Assembly (NCBI GenBank): GCA_052087065.1
Contig: JBQGON010000001.1
Span: forward strand, 8,636-72,635
DNA length: 64,000 nucleotides
Source: Vibrio sp.
GTDB lineage: Bacteria; Pseudomonadota; Gammaproteobacteria; Enterobacterales; Vibrionaceae
Direction: 5' to 3'
The notes beneath the pieces are model-generated. The model had not been told where the DNA came from and did no database searches. It saw only the letters and a program-made list of their open reading frames with translations. Below, piece after piece: positions 29,438 to 40,173 of the stretch; the stretch's first letter is position 1, and every line of letters begins with the position of its first letter. The position numbers and the translations under genes are program-made.

Positions 29438-31564
29438 TTAATGCTTTTTACGTCTGACTTTGAGGGCATTTGGCATCGAGCGAATACGGCGCATGATGTT
29501 CGCTAAATGAACGCGATTCTGCGTGGTTAGAAGAATGGTCACGGTATAAAGTCTACCATCGCGTTCTTCTGTCGATAAGCCTTGAATGTTGGAGCCTGTT
29601 TGTGAAATGACGTTGGTCAGTTCAGCCAGTACTCCTTGTCGATTAAGAATATCGACGGTCAATTCTGCAATAAATTCTTGCTCATAATCGTTGCTCCACT
29701 CAACGGCCATGTATTTCTCTGGCTCACGTTGATAGCCGCGAATATTTGGACAAGTTTCACGGTGTACAACAAGGCCTCGGCCTGGCGACACATGAGCGAT
29801 GATCGAATCATCAGGGATAGGGTGACAACATTTAGCAAAGGTCAGTAAAATCCCTTCTGCACCACGGATTGGCATCTTACGTTTTGAGGTGACGGCGTTT
29901 TTATCGACCGTGTGATTGGCCAATTCTTCGGTATCACCCAACAAACGACGAGCAATGACAATACTCATCAACTCACCCAAACCAATCGAGGCCAGCATAT
30001 CGTCAATCGAGGCGACTTTCAGTCCGGAGAGGACTTGCGCGATAGTGTCTTCATTGATGTCACTCAACGAGTATTCACCGAGGGCGTGATTTAACAAACG
30101 ACGACCCAGCATCACGGAATCTTCACGACGCATGGTTTTGAGGACTTGACGAATTTTGGTGCGAGCTCGCGACGTGACGACATAGTTGAGCCATGCCGCA
30201 TTAGGTCGGGCTCCTGGCGCGTTGATGACTTCGACCGCTTGGCCACTTTTCAATGGTTTACTCAGTGGGTAAGGCAGCCTATCAACACGGGCCCCTACGC
30301 AAGAGTTACCAATATCAGTGTGCACCGCATAGGCAAAATCGACCGCAGTTGCGCCAACCGGCAATTCCACGATGCGACCTTTTGGCGTAAAGATAAAGAT
30401 TTCATCAGGGAACAGATCAGATTTAACGTTCTCAATAAACTCAAAGGAGTTACCTGCGCTTTGTTGCAGCTCTAATAAGCTTTGCATCCAGCGTTGCGCT
30501 TTAATCTGTGCGGTGGTTCCACCGCGTTCGCCATCGGATTTATATGACCAATGTGCCGCGACACCTTTGTCAGCCATTTGATCCATATCCTCGGTACGAA
30601 TTTGTACTTCGACCGGCACACCGTGTGGGCCAACCATGGAGGTATGAATGGATTGATAACCGTTGGCTTTAGGGACCGCAATGTAATCTTTCATGCGGCC
30701 TGGGCGTGGTTTATAAAGGCTATGAACTTGGCCAAGTGCGCGATAACAAGTGTCGGCCGTATCAACAATCACCCGGAAAGCGTAGATATCCATAATGGTA
30801 TGGAAGCGCTGTTCCTTGGTTTTCATCTTGTTATAGATGGAGTACAAATTCTTTTCACGCCCCACGACACGTGCATGCAGACCCGATTCTTCAATTCGGC
30901 CTTCAATTTCATCGTGGATACGTTGGATCATTTCTTTGCGATTACCACGCGCCGCTTTCACCACACGTTTAATCACGCGATAGCGGTTCGGATACAACGC
31001 TTCAAAGCCAAGCTCTTCGAGTTCGGTTTTGATGTTATGAATACCTAAGCGGTGGGCGAGGGGAGCATAGATTTCGAGGGTTTCTCTGGCAATACGACGA
31101 CGTTTATCAGGACGCAATGCTCCTAGCGTACGCATGTTGTGAGTACGGTCGGACAATTTAATTAAAATGACGCGAATATCCTGAACCATCGCCAGTATCA
31201 TTTTACGAAAGTTTTCCGCTTGTGCTTCTTTGCGATCGCGAAATTTTAACTTATCGAGTTTTGATACTCCATCAACGAGCTCGGCGACAGCATGTCCAAA
31301 CTCACCTTCGAGTTCTTCTTTACTGACGTCAGTATCTTCGATGACATCATGCAACAGCGCCGCTTGCAGTGTCTCCAAATCCAAACGCATTTCTGCGAGG
31401 AGTCGTGCCACAGCAACCGGGTGGATGATGTATGGTTCTCCGCTTGAGCGGTTTTGCCCTTCGTGGGCATCTCTTGCTACCTGATAAGAGCGACGCAGAG
31501 CCTCAACTTGAGGCTCTGTCAGATACTCTTGGGCAACATCCTTGAGACTATCAAATAGATACAA
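29438..31564 (-). CDS. spoT: Bifunctional (p)ppGpp synthetase/hydrolase SpoT
   Basis: HD motif (LLHDVIED), KANGYQSIHT, TGS and ACT domains. Confidence 0.97.
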   Translation of the reverse strand: MYLFDSLKDVAQEYLTEPQVEALRRSYQVARDAHEGQNRSSGEPYIIHPVAVARLLAEMRLDLETLQAALLHDVIEDTDVSKEELEGEFGHAVAELVDGVSKLDKLKFRDRKEAQAENFRKMILAMVQDIRVILIKLSDRTHNMRTLGALRPDKRRRIARETLEIYAPLAHRLGIHNIKTELEELGFEALYPNRYRVIKRVVKAARGNRKEMIQRIHDEIEGRIEESGLHARVVGREKNLYSIYNKMKTKEQRFHTIMDIYAFRVIVDTADTCYRALGQVHSLYKPRPGRMKDYIAVPKANGYQSIHTSMVGPHGVPVEVQIRTEDMDQMADKGVAAHWSYKSDGERGGTTAQIKAQRWMQSLLELQQSAGNSFEFIENVKSDLFPDEIFIFTPKGRIVELPVGATAVDFAYAVHTDIGNSCVGARVDRLPYPLSKPLKSGQAVEVINAPGARPNAAWLNYVVTSRARTKIRQVLKTMRREDSVMLGRRLLNHALGEYSLSDINEDTIAQVLSGLKVASIDDMLASIGLGELMSIVIARRLLGDTEELANHTVDKNAVTSKRKMPIRGAEGILLTFAKCCHPIPDDSIIAHVSPGRGLVVHRETCPNIRGYQREPEKYMAVEWSNDYEQEFIAELTVDILNRQGVLAELTNVISQTGSNIQGLSTEERDGRLYTVTILLTTQNRVHLANIMRRIRSMPNALKVRRKKH

Positions 31565-31600
31565 ATTTCAGGCCCGAGTGTTAATTGATGCCGTACAGAA

Positions 31601-31873
31601 TTAACGGTTGTGAACGATGCTGCTTACAGCGGCCAATTCTGCTGCTTCTTGTTCTTGCTGCTCTTGGCGTTCACGTGCATCAAGCACGTCTTTAGTGATA
31701 AGGCCTTCTTCAATCTCACGTAGAGAAATAACGGTTGGCTTATCGTTTTCTTCTGGCACTAATGAATCTTTGCCGCCAGTTTGAATTTGACGTGCGCGGC
31801 GGGCCGCAATAAGAACTAAGTCGAAACGGTTACCAACTTTTTCAACAGCGTCTTGAACAGTTACGCGTGCCAT
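31601..31873 (-). CDS. rpoZ: RNA polymerase omega subunit
   Basis: [29 protein letters not shown]. Confidence 0.97.
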   Translation of the reverse strand: MARVTVQDAVEKVGNRFDLVLIAARRARQIQTGGKDSLVPEENDKPTVISLREIEEGLITKDVLDARERQEQQEQEAAELAAVSSIVHNR

Positions 31874-31991
31874 GGGAACTCCAAATATATAGTTAACTAA
31901 AATATTGAATGACGAGAAAGTATACAGTCTTAACTCACGATATACTAGCATCACACAGTGTGTATTTTTAATGGGAACTCAACAAAAATGT

Positions 31992-32615
31992 TTAGTCCGC
32001 CAAAAGAGCAGCAAACATAGCACTATATTTAGCAGCTTGTTTATCTTGCTTCAATCTTTCCGCGCGTAGAATGGCTTTAAAATCCATAATAGCGAGGTCA
32101 AAGTCATCGTTTACAATGACATAGTCATACTCATCATAGTGTGAAATCTCAGCTTGAGCTTTACTCATGCGAGCACTAATGATGTCTTGGCTATCTTGGC
32201 CGCGTGCGGTTAGGCGACGTTGCAATTCTTCTCGCGATGGCGGCAGAATAAAGAGGCTTTTTGCTTGCGGCATTTGCTGACGAATTTGGCGAGCACCTTG
32301 CCAGTCGATATCTAAAAAGACGTCGACCCCTTGCTCTAAGGTGTCTTCAATCCAAACGCGTGATGTCCCGTAGTAATTGCCAAATACTTCGGCGTATTCT
32401 AAGAATTCACCTTTAGCAATTAACGATTCAAAATGTTCTTTTTCTACAAAGTGATAATGTTTGCCATCTTGCTCGCCAGGTCGCTTATCACGTGTGGTAT
32501 GTGATACAGAAACTTTCATTGCATAAGTTGGGTTACGCTCCAACAAAGCGGCAATTAAACTCGATTTACCAGCACCACTCGGCGCTGAAACGATATAAAG
32601 CGTGCCTTTGCTCAT
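31992..32615 (-). CDS. gmk: Guanylate kinase
   Basis: [22 protein letters not shown]. Confidence 0.97.
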   Translation of the reverse strand: MSKGTLYIVSAPSGAGKSSLIAALLERNPTYAMKVSVSHTTRDKRPGEQDGKHYHFVEKEHFESLIAKGEFLEYAEVFGNYYGTSRVWIEDTLEQGVDVFLDIDWQGARQIRQQMPQAKSLFILPPSREELQRRLTARGQDSQDIISARMSKAQAEISHYDEYDYVIVNDDFDLAIMDFKAILRAERLKQDKQAAKYSAMFAALLAD

Positions 32616-32965
32616 CTGTTCGGTTCCACGTTGGTTGTGATCGCGTGTCATAAAGTGAATTATCACACCCTAAAGATAGCACTGACTCCATAAAAGCATG
32701 GAAAAAGGCCTTATGTAAGTCAGAAAAATGGAGGCGAAGATTAGCACGATCCTAACGATCTTCTCAAGAAAAAGCGTGATAAACGTAAGGGAAATACCCT
32801 CAGGCGATTGTTTAACAAAACAGCAAACATTGCCGTCAAAAAAGTTGTTAAGGGAACCGTTTGCTATTATTAGGCGTATTGAACCTTGATGATAGATGCG
32901 TATAATCCGCCTGCTTAGCCAATATCCTGCGTCGTCATTACTGGAATTGGCACAATTTACTCTAT

Positions 32966-33002
32966 TTTGGGTTCCCTCGCCCCCAAATCAAACTAAAAAG
33001 GT
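32966..33002 (+). ncRNA. preQ1-I (type III-like) riboswitch
   Basis: TTTGGG-TTCCCTCGCC-CCCAAA-TCAAACTAAAAAGGT: P1 stem, UUCCCUC loop and A-rich tail ending in the SD, 5 nt before the yhhQ ATG; resembles the E. coli yhhQ riboswitch as I recall it. Confidence 0.8.
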
Positions 33003-33007
33003 TTATC

Positions 33008-33676
33008 ATGACTTCTTTTACTGCTGTTCAACAGCGCAAAGCGCTGACTTATCTTGTCCTGTTTCACTTATTGGTTATTGCGTCCAGTAACTATCTAGTG
33101 CAGATCCCTTTTACCGTGTTTTCCTTCCACACGACATGGGGCGCCTTTACTTTTCCGTTTATCTTTTTAGCCACGGATCTCACGGTGCGGATCTACGGCC
33201 CACGCTTGGCTCGTCGAATTATCTTTTTTGTTATGTTACCCGCGCTACTGATCTCGTATCTGTTGTCGGTGATTTTTGCGCAAGGTAGCTACCAAGGGTT
33301 TGCCGATATGAGCATCTTTAATGTCTTCGTCGCACGTATCGCAGCGGCAAGCTTTATGGCTTATCTGTTGGGACAAATCATGGATATTCATGTGTTTAAC
33401 CGCTTACGTCAGATGAAGCAATGGTGGATTGCCCCCACCGCATCAACCTTGTTTGGCAATGCGCTCGACACGATAGCCTTCTTTAGTATTGCCTTTTATC
33501 ACAGCCCAGATAGCTTTATGGCCGAACACTGGACTGAGATCGCACTGGTCGACTACAGCGTTAAGCTGATCATTAGCTTAGGGTTATTTGTACCTATGTA
33601 TGGCGTACTCTTAAATTTCTTAATTCGCAAACTCACCACGCTCAATCACCATGAGTTGGTCGCGACGACCCGCTAA
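33008..33676 (+). CDS. yhhQ: Queuosine precursor (preQ0/preQ1) transporter
   Basis: TWGAFTFPFIFLATDLTVRIYG, ARIAAASFMAYLLGQ motifs; riboswitch upstream. Confidence 0.92.
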   Translation: MTSFTAVQQRKALTYLVLFHLLVIASSNYLVQIPFTVFSFHTTWGAFTFPFIFLATDLTVRIYGPRLARRIIFFVMLPALLISYLLSVIFAQGSYQGFADMSIFNVFVARIAAASFMAYLLGQIMDIHVFNRLRQMKQWWIAPTASTLFGNALDTIAFFSIAFYHSPDSFMAEHWTEIALVDYSVKLIISLGLFVPMYGVLLNFLIRKLTTLNHHELVATTR

Positions 33677-33683
33677 CGTATCG

Positions 33684-34313
33684 CTAGCTGTTGTGATCTT
33701 GGAGTAAGATGACGGCTTGTGTGCGGTTTTTTACGTCTAATTTACGAAATATAGCGGTTAAATGTGCTTTGATGGTGGCTTCAGAAACATGCAATTCATA
33801 CGCGATTTGTTTATTTAACAGACCGTCAGATAGCATGCTGAGCACCTTGTATTGTTGTGGGGTGAGAGAAGCAATACGCTCAGAGACATCATCAAACGCA
33901 TGACCACTGTTTAATGCCTCTGCTGGAAAGTAAGGGGTGCCATTTAATACCTGCCTTAACGCCGCCACGAGCGTTTTCATATCGCTCGATTTTGGAATAA
34001 AGCCAAAAGCGCCATAGTGTTGCACTTGCGAGACAATGGCTGGCTCTTCACTTGCAGAGACCACCACGATAGGTAAATCTGGATATTCAGCACGTAATTG
34101 AATCAACCCAGACATGCCATTGGTGCCCGGCATTTTCAAATCCAATAACAATAAGTCGATCTCTTCCGCTTGGTTTAATAAGCGTAACAACGTATTCAGT
34201 GAATCGGCCTCAAGTAGCTGGGTATGCGTGAACGCCATTTGAATGGATTGCAATAACGCATTGCGAAACAGTGGGTGGTCATCGGCAATGAGAATGGAGT
34301 AGGTTGCGTTCAT
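33684..34313 (-). CDS. crbR: NarL/LuxR-family response regulator, probably CrbR (acetate switch)
   Basis: IADDHPLFRNAL, LLDLKMPG, LTPQQYKVL...GLLNKQIAYEL HTH; position next to dsbD matches V. cholerae crbR as recalled. Confidence 0.7.
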   Translation of the reverse strand: MNATYSILIADDHPLFRNALLQSIQMAFTHTQLLEADSLNTLLRLLNQAEEIDLLLLDLKMPGTNGMSGLIQLRAEYPDLPIVVVSASEEPAIVSQVQHYGAFGFIPKSSDMKTLVAALRQVLNGTPYFPAEALNSGHAFDDVSERIASLTPQQYKVLSMLSDGLLNKQIAYELHVSEATIKAHLTAIFRKLDVKNRTQAVILLQDHNS

Positions 34314-34455
34314 GATGTGATGTACTGGTTACTAATCCTTGGTGCACCAGTATGTTGCTGTTTTGGGTTGTCGACAATATATGAGATTGAAAAGTCTGCA
34401 CTAGCTCTGATTTTGTTGGGTGCGACCTATCAAGTTGAGAGGTCGCTCAGTGCTT

Positions 34456-36240
34456 TCATAAAGAATGTTGCTGTAGATGTTGTAAGAAGCGCTCGGCATT
34501 TTTGAAACCACTGATACGAGCGGCTGGTAGAGCTTGCCCTTGTGCGTTCCAGAAATCGATAGTCGGTAAACCCAGCACGTGTAAATGTTTGAGTAGAGCG
34601 ATATCGGTCGGGGTATTGGCGGTAACATCTGCCTGCAGCACAACGAAATTATTCAAATGACGAATCACATCGCCATCATGGAAGGTGTATTTTTCAAATT
34701 CCTTACATGCCACACACCAATCGGCATACAGATCTAACATGACCGGTTTTCCTTGCTGTTTCGCCAGCGCCAGCTGCTGCTTCAGTTCAGTAAGGTTGTG
34801 TATTTTCCGTTTGCTGACCGTCTCTTGAGCGTTGGGTTGTGGCTGGTTGGCAAAGGGGATGACCTCGCTCAGTATGGGGAGGGCCGAGCCGAAAATTCCA
34901 ATTATGGCGATGATCGCCAGCATACTATTTTGCCATGTTTTATTGGCCGAGCTGTTGTGCACATGGTATAGCCAGCCAAAGCTGACTATACCTAGCGCAG
35001 ACCAAAGCCCGATGCTCCATTCTGCAGGTAGGATTCGTTCAAGTAACAATAAAGGCGCGGCTAATAAAATGAAGCCAAATAGTGTCTTCACATGTGTCAT
35101 CCATTGGCCCGCTCGTGGCAGTAATTTTTGCCCGAATACCGCAACTAAGATTAACGGAATGCCCATACCGAGCGAAAGCGCGTACAGCGTGACTGCGCCA
35201 GTGATTAGATCACCGGTCTGCGACACATACAACAGCGCGCCAGATAAAGGCGCGGTGGTACACGGAGAGCATACTAATCCTGAAATCGCTCCCATCACAA
35301 ATACGCCAAGACCATGCCCACCCCGTTGCCCATCACTGAGTTGATTGAGGCGAGTTTGCAATGAGCTTGGCAGTTGCAGCGTGTAAAGACCGAACATAGA
35401 TGCCGCAAGCGCCACAAAGATGACACTAATCGCAATCAGGATCGCGGGCTGCTGTAACGCGGCTTGAAATTGCATGCCAGCAGAGGCGACGAGCAGACCT
35501 AAGAGGGTATAAGTCAAGGCCATGCCTTGCACATAAAGGACGCTTAGGGTCCAAGTTCGCCGAGTATTTTGCTGGCGATTACCTAATACGATACTGGTTA
35601 AAATGGGATACATCGGCAGAACACAGGGTGTGAAGGCCAAACCTATGCCGAGAATTAAAAAGAGGAGAGGGGTCCACCAATGTTCAACCAACTGCTCAGT
35701 GAGTGATGGTGCGTTAGTGGACGGCTGCGCCTTAGGTGTATCGGATGTGGCGTGATTGGTTGCTTTGTTTGCCGGCTGCGATGCCGTGGCCTGATTGAAA
35801 GGCGCAACCTGAATGGTACGCGTTTCTGGTGGATAACAAAATCCTGCTTTAGCACAGCCTTGATAGCTAATGGTGATACTTGCTTGCTTCTCGACCTCTT
35901 TTACGGGGATGCGTATTGAGGTTGGGTGTGCGTAGATGTGAACATCACCCATAAATTCATCATGATGAGGGGCCGCTTGCGGGAGTGTGTAATCCCCTAA
36001 TGTGATCTGCTTGCCCTGTATGGTTAAGCGTTCTTGATAGAGATAATAGCCGGGCTGAATTTGCCAATCAATGTAGACTTGATTGCCCTGTTGGTACGAA
36101 CTGAAGGGAAAGGCCTGTTCGACTGGGAGAAACTGATTATTTTGCGAAGAGAGCGAAAATGCGCTTTTGGAGAGCGCAGCATGTGCAGGGTTCAGTTGTA
36201 GGAGCGCCCAAACAAGAATCGCGAAATAACGTATTATCAT
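34456..36240 (-). CDS. dsbD: Thiol:disulfide interchange protein DsbD
   Basis: [40 protein letters not shown]. Confidence 0.96.
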   Translation of the reverse strand: MIIRYFAILVWALLQLNPAHAALSKSAFSLSSQNNQFLPVEQAFPFSSYQQGNQVYIDWQIQPGYYLYQERLTIQGKQITLGDYTLPQAAPHHDEFMGDVHIYAHPTSIRIPVKEVEKQASITISYQGCAKAGFCYPPETRTIQVAPFNQATASQPANKATNHATSDTPKAQPSTNAPSLTEQLVEHWWTPLLFLILGIGLAFTPCVLPMYPILTSIVLGNRQQNTRRTWTLSVLYVQGMALTYTLLGLLVASAGMQFQAALQQPAILIAISVIFVALAASMFGLYTLQLPSSLQTRLNQLSDGQRGGHGLGVFVMGAISGLVCSPCTTAPLSGALLYVSQTGDLITGAVTLYALSLGMGIPLILVAVFGQKLLPRAGQWMTHVKTLFGFILLAAPLLLLERILPAEWSIGLWSALGIVSFGWLYHVHNSSANKTWQNSMLAIIAIIGIFGSALPILSEVIPFANQPQPNAQETVSKRKIHNLTELKQQLALAKQQGKPVMLDLYADWCVACKEFEKYTFHDGDVIRHLNNFVVLQADVTANTPTDIALLKHLHVLGLPTIDFWNAQGQALPAARISGFKNAERFLQHLQQHSL

Positions 36241-36361
36241 GGTAGTGAATCGGCCTTGGTAGTCATAACATCATGGCTCATGAATAGGGGTGTGCGGGAG
36301 AGACCGATATTCATGCAGAAATGTAGCTGAGTTAAGCATAGTTAAAAAAGCACCGTCAATA

Positions 36362-36387
36362 GAAAAGCTTCCTTACGGAAGCTTTTC
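36362..36387. terminator. Terminator downstream of aspA
   Basis: GAAAAGCTTCC-ttac-GGAAGCTTTTC. Confidence 0.75.
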
Positions 36388-36429
36388 ATTGCTGTCTTGG
36401 TGCGCGCTCCCAGAGTGCGCGATTCAGGA

Positions 36430-37881
36430 TTAGTTATACCGCTTGCCTTTATAAGACGGATTCATCAAGTTACTTGAAGAGAAAATTTCCTCGAGTTGCT
36501 CACTGGTCAGTAAGCCGCGTTCAAGCACGACTTGACGGACGCTTTTCCCTGTTTCTGCACAGATCTTGCCGACAATATCGCCCTCGTGATGACCAATATA
36601 TGGGTTTAAGTAAGTCACGATACCAATCGAGTTAAATACGTAACCTTCACAGACTTCTTTATTCGCCGTGATACCGTGGATACATTTATCACGGAGGTTA
36701 ATACAAGCATTCGAAAGCAGCGAAATGGATTCAAACATACATTGAGCAATCACTGGTTCCATGACGTTAAGCTGCAATTGGCCGCCTTCGGCTGCAATGG
36801 AGATGGTGTTGTCATTGCCCATCACTTTAAAACACACTTGGTTGACGACTTCAGGTACCACAGGGTTTACTTTCGCTGGCATAATTGATGAACCTGCTTG
36901 TAATTCTGGCAGATTTAATTCATTGAAGCCGGCACGAGGCCCAGATGACAGTAAGCGCAAATCATTACAAAGCTTAGACATTTTTACGGCAAGACGTTTG
37001 AGTGCACCATGCGCCATGACATAAGCGCCACAGTCAGAGGTTGCTTCAATCAAGTCCTCGGCTGGAACGACCGGTAAGTGCGTTACGTCAGCTAAATGGC
37101 GAACGGCCATTTGTTGATAACCAGGAGCCGCGTTGAGCCCTGTACCAATGGCGGTGGCACCAAGGTTGACTTCTAACAGAAGTTTTGACGTGTATTCCAA
37201 GGCACGAATTTCTTCATTCAAGGTAACAGACCAAGCGTGAAACTCTTGTCCGACGGTCATAGGAACGGCATCTTGTAGCTGAGTACGGCCCATTTTTAGA
37301 ATGTGATCAAACTCTTCACTCTTTGCGGTAAATTCTGCTTTTAAGTAGTTAATCGAGTTAATCAGTTGTTTAATGCTGTTATAAACGGCAATACGGAATC
37401 CCGTTGGATAGGCACAGTTGGTTGATTGGCTACGGTTCACATGGTCGTTAGGGTTGACAATATCGTAACGGCCTTTTTCATGCCCCATAATTTCTAGCGC
37501 AAGATTAGCAATGACTTCGTTGGTATTCATATTGACCGAAGTACCAGCACCGCCCTGAAAAACATCAGAAGGAAATTGGTCCATGCACTTTCCTGTGGTT
37601 AAAATGCAATCACAGGCTTCGATGATCGCGGTCGCCACATCTTTAGGAATCACGCCGAGTTCGTGGTTGGCAAGCGCGGCCGCTTTTTTAGTCATGACCA
37701 TACCGCGAATAAATTCAGGTACATCGGAAATGGTCACACTAGAAATTTGAAAGTTTTCCATCGCACGGAGTGTGTGAATGCCATAATACGCATCGGCAGG
37801 CACTTCACGTTGACCCAGCAAGTCTTCTTCTAGTCGCATTAGAGTTTGATGAGCAGGAGCAGTCATCATTTCGATAGTCAT
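36430..37881 (-). CDS. aspA: Aspartate ammonia-lyase
   Basis: [12 protein letters not shown] signature, [10 protein letters not shown]. Confidence 0.96.
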   Translation of the reverse strand: MTIEMMTAPAHQTLMRLEEDLLGQREVPADAYYGIHTLRAMENFQISSVTISDVPEFIRGMVMTKKAAALANHELGVIPKDVATAIIEACDCILTTGKCMDQFPSDVFQGGAGTSVNMNTNEVIANLALEIMGHEKGRYDIVNPNDHVNRSQSTNCAYPTGFRIAVYNSIKQLINSINYLKAEFTAKSEEFDHILKMGRTQLQDAVPMTVGQEFHAWSVTLNEEIRALEYTSKLLLEVNLGATAIGTGLNAAPGYQQMAVRHLADVTHLPVVPAEDLIEATSDCGAYVMAHGALKRLAVKMSKLCNDLRLLSSGPRAGFNELNLPELQAGSSIMPAKVNPVVPEVVNQVCFKVMGNDNTISIAAEGGQLQLNVMEPVIAQCMFESISLLSNACINLRDKCIHGITANKEVCEGYVFNSIGIVTYLNPYIGHHEGDIVGKICAETGKSVRQVVLERGLLTSEQLEEIFSSSNLMNPSYKGKRYN

Positions 37882-38069
37882 TGAGGATCCTTTATTCGTC
37901 GATTGCTAATATTTAGAACATAGCCAATCTGATTTAGAGAGTGTTTCTTTCTAGAAAAGACGTGGTGAGATCTAAATGTTTCGCAGCAAATAATACTCAA
38001 CATCGCAGACGAAAATAAGTAGCCTGATCAAGTTTTTATAATTATTAATGTGGACGTTTGTTTACATGC

Positions 38070-39974
38070 TTAGGTTGACGTTGTCTTCTCGTCATGGGAA
38101 GAAATACAATTTCGACCTTTACGTTTAGCACGGTATAAGGCTTTATCCGCATTGGTGAAGCTCGCGACCGGATCATCGGAAAGCTCCGCAATACCGATAC
38201 TGACGCTGACATTGTATTCTGGCCAACTGGCAACGGCGACTCTCACGCGGTTCATCATATGGCACGCCGCACTGATATCTTTACTTTGGGTGATAATTGC
38301 GAATTCATCACCGCCAATCCGAGCGATAAAATCAGACTGTCTGAGTAATGATGTCATTTGTATAGCGATATACATAATGACTTCATCACCCACTCGGTGC
38401 CCATGAGTATCGTTGAGTGTTTTGAAGCAATCAATATCAATAATGGCGAGGAAATTTTGATTGAGTTCGTCATCATCTTTTGACGATTGATGGCGAGCCA
38501 TGATGTCGAGTATTTCGTCGAATTTAGGTTTATTCCACAGCGATGTCATCGGATCTCGATGATTTCTATCGGTTAATGCCTCGATGACGTGGTGATGGTT
38601 GGACACATCCGCGAGTGAGTAAACATAGTTTTCGACGTGCTTGTTACGTGAATCCATGTGCGCTTGAATCGAGGTTTGACAGACGAGTTGCTCGCCATTG
38701 GGCGATAGAAAAGCCAGATCGCCAGACCATCCTTGATGAGTTTTTAATGCCGTAATTACGTTCTCTTGCTCTCTTGGATCAGAGATAAAATCGAGTAAGT
38801 GCTTACCGAGTAAGTGTTTTGTTTCAATAAGAAACAGTTCACTGAATTTATGGTTACATTGAATAATGTCGTGGTTTTTATTGGTAATAGCTGACGCCAT
38901 TCCGTTTTCCAGCACAAAATTCGCAAATTTTTTACTTTGTTTGTTGGTCTGTATGTGTTCCCAGCCAAGCGAACCAATAATGCTGACTAATCCAAAGATA
39001 AGCCAGAGAATCACACTTTGCGCTAAAATAATGCTATCGCGAGAGCTCAAGGTGGCATTTAATTCTGCGTGAGAAATATGTGACATCATGAGTAGCGGAC
39101 CAGAGCTCGCAAAAACGCGATTAATAAACGGTTGATAGAAAAACAGCCCTTTGTCGGTTAAAACGACATTTTTGCGGTTTGGATACTGTGACATGACTTT
39201 CCACAGTTCTGGGTATTCAGTCGGAATATTATATTGCGACCGTTCTGATATGAGATCACCGAACAATTTATTAGGATTACTACTAATGACGTAGAAACCC
39301 TTGCGGTCGACAAAATCGACTTGTAAGTTTTGTTTGTTCGCTGTGACCTGTTTGATAATCGGCAGGACATTTAAGTTAGCAACAAAATAACCTAAACGCT
39401 CTTGATCTGAATGAATCGGCACAATGATACGTAGCCCTGGTCGATAGGGAAGGAGGGGCTTATTGTGTTCATATTCGATGTCGATACCAAACTGCCCCTG
39501 TTCCCCAGCTTTGATCGTGGTCGCGTACCTGAAATAGTCACGGTTACTTTTATTTTGTAATTTATTATCAGAAACAATTTCTGGGAGATTGGTTGTGTTT
39601 ACATCGTAATTGACGCGAATGAGTTCATTACCATCAACATCAATATAACGAAGTTGATAAAACAGTCTTGAGGTAAAAGCTGTAATATACCATTGATTTT
39701 CTACATACTCTTTTAGTTGCTGCTGCTCAGTGGTGGCATATTGTTTGAGTAAAGAGGAGTGACTGAGTTGATACACACTCTGTTGCAAACGTGAAGCGGT
39801 ATCATGCGCCTGAGTTTCGACAAATGATAGAAACTGAAACCCCTGAGCTTCCATGTGCTCTAAGATAAATTGCGAGACTTTACTCGTTTGATATGCGTAA
39901 TAGCTTAAAGGGATAATTGAACAGAGAATCCATGCAATAACGCCTTTGGACAAGGTTTTACTTAAGCGCTTCAT
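38070..39974 (-). CDS. Membrane-anchored diguanylate cyclase (periplasmic Cache-like sensor, PAS, GGDEF)
   Basis: Two TM segments, PAS-like region (IIQCNHKFSELF), DIDCFKTLNDTHGHRVGD, RQSD I-site, intact GGDEF. Confidence 0.88.
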   Translation of the reverse strand: MKRLSKTLSKGVIAWILCSIIPLSYYAYQTSKVSQFILEHMEAQGFQFLSFVETQAHDTASRLQQSVYQLSHSSLLKQYATTEQQQLKEYVENQWYITAFTSRLFYQLRYIDVDGNELIRVNYDVNTTNLPEIVSDNKLQNKSNRDYFRYATTIKAGEQGQFGIDIEYEHNKPLLPYRPGLRIIVPIHSDQERLGYFVANLNVLPIIKQVTANKQNLQVDFVDRKGFYVISSNPNKLFGDLISERSQYNIPTEYPELWKVMSQYPNRKNVVLTDKGLFFYQPFINRVFASSGPLLMMSHISHAELNATLSSRDSIILAQSVILWLIFGLVSIIGSLGWEHIQTNKQSKKFANFVLENGMASAITNKNHDIIQCNHKFSELFLIETKHLLGKHLLDFISDPREQENVITALKTHQGWSGDLAFLSPNGEQLVCQTSIQAHMDSRNKHVENYVYSLADVSNHHHVIEALTDRNHRDPMTSLWNKPKFDEILDIMARHQSSKDDDELNQNFLAIIDIDCFKTLNDTHGHRVGDEVIMYIAIQMTSLLRQSDFIARIGGDEFAIITQSKDISAACHMMNRVRVAVASWPEYNVSVSIGIAELSDDPVASFTNADKALYRAKRKGRNCISSHDEKTTST

Positions 39975-40173
39975 GTTGGATTTCCCTCTGAGTAGTAGAC
40001 TACTTTAAAAAGTAGTGTATAAGCTTCGGTTTTGCCAATGGATTTCTACTGCATATTCAACAGGCTTGATGCTCACGTAATAGCTTGAAACATTTATCTA
40101 TATCGGGGGTTATCGGACATCTTGCACCAATTTAGGCAAGACGCTATGGTGGGTATCTGACTGAGGAGGACTT

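Noticed and set aside
34832-35344. 170-aa antisense ORF over dsbD (similar cases at 30551-31048 over spoT)
   Set aside because: Typical antisense shadow frames with no recognisable domain
40084-40110. Possible sigma32 promoter of fxsA (CTTGAAA)
   Set aside because: No convincing CCCCAT -10 at the right spacing
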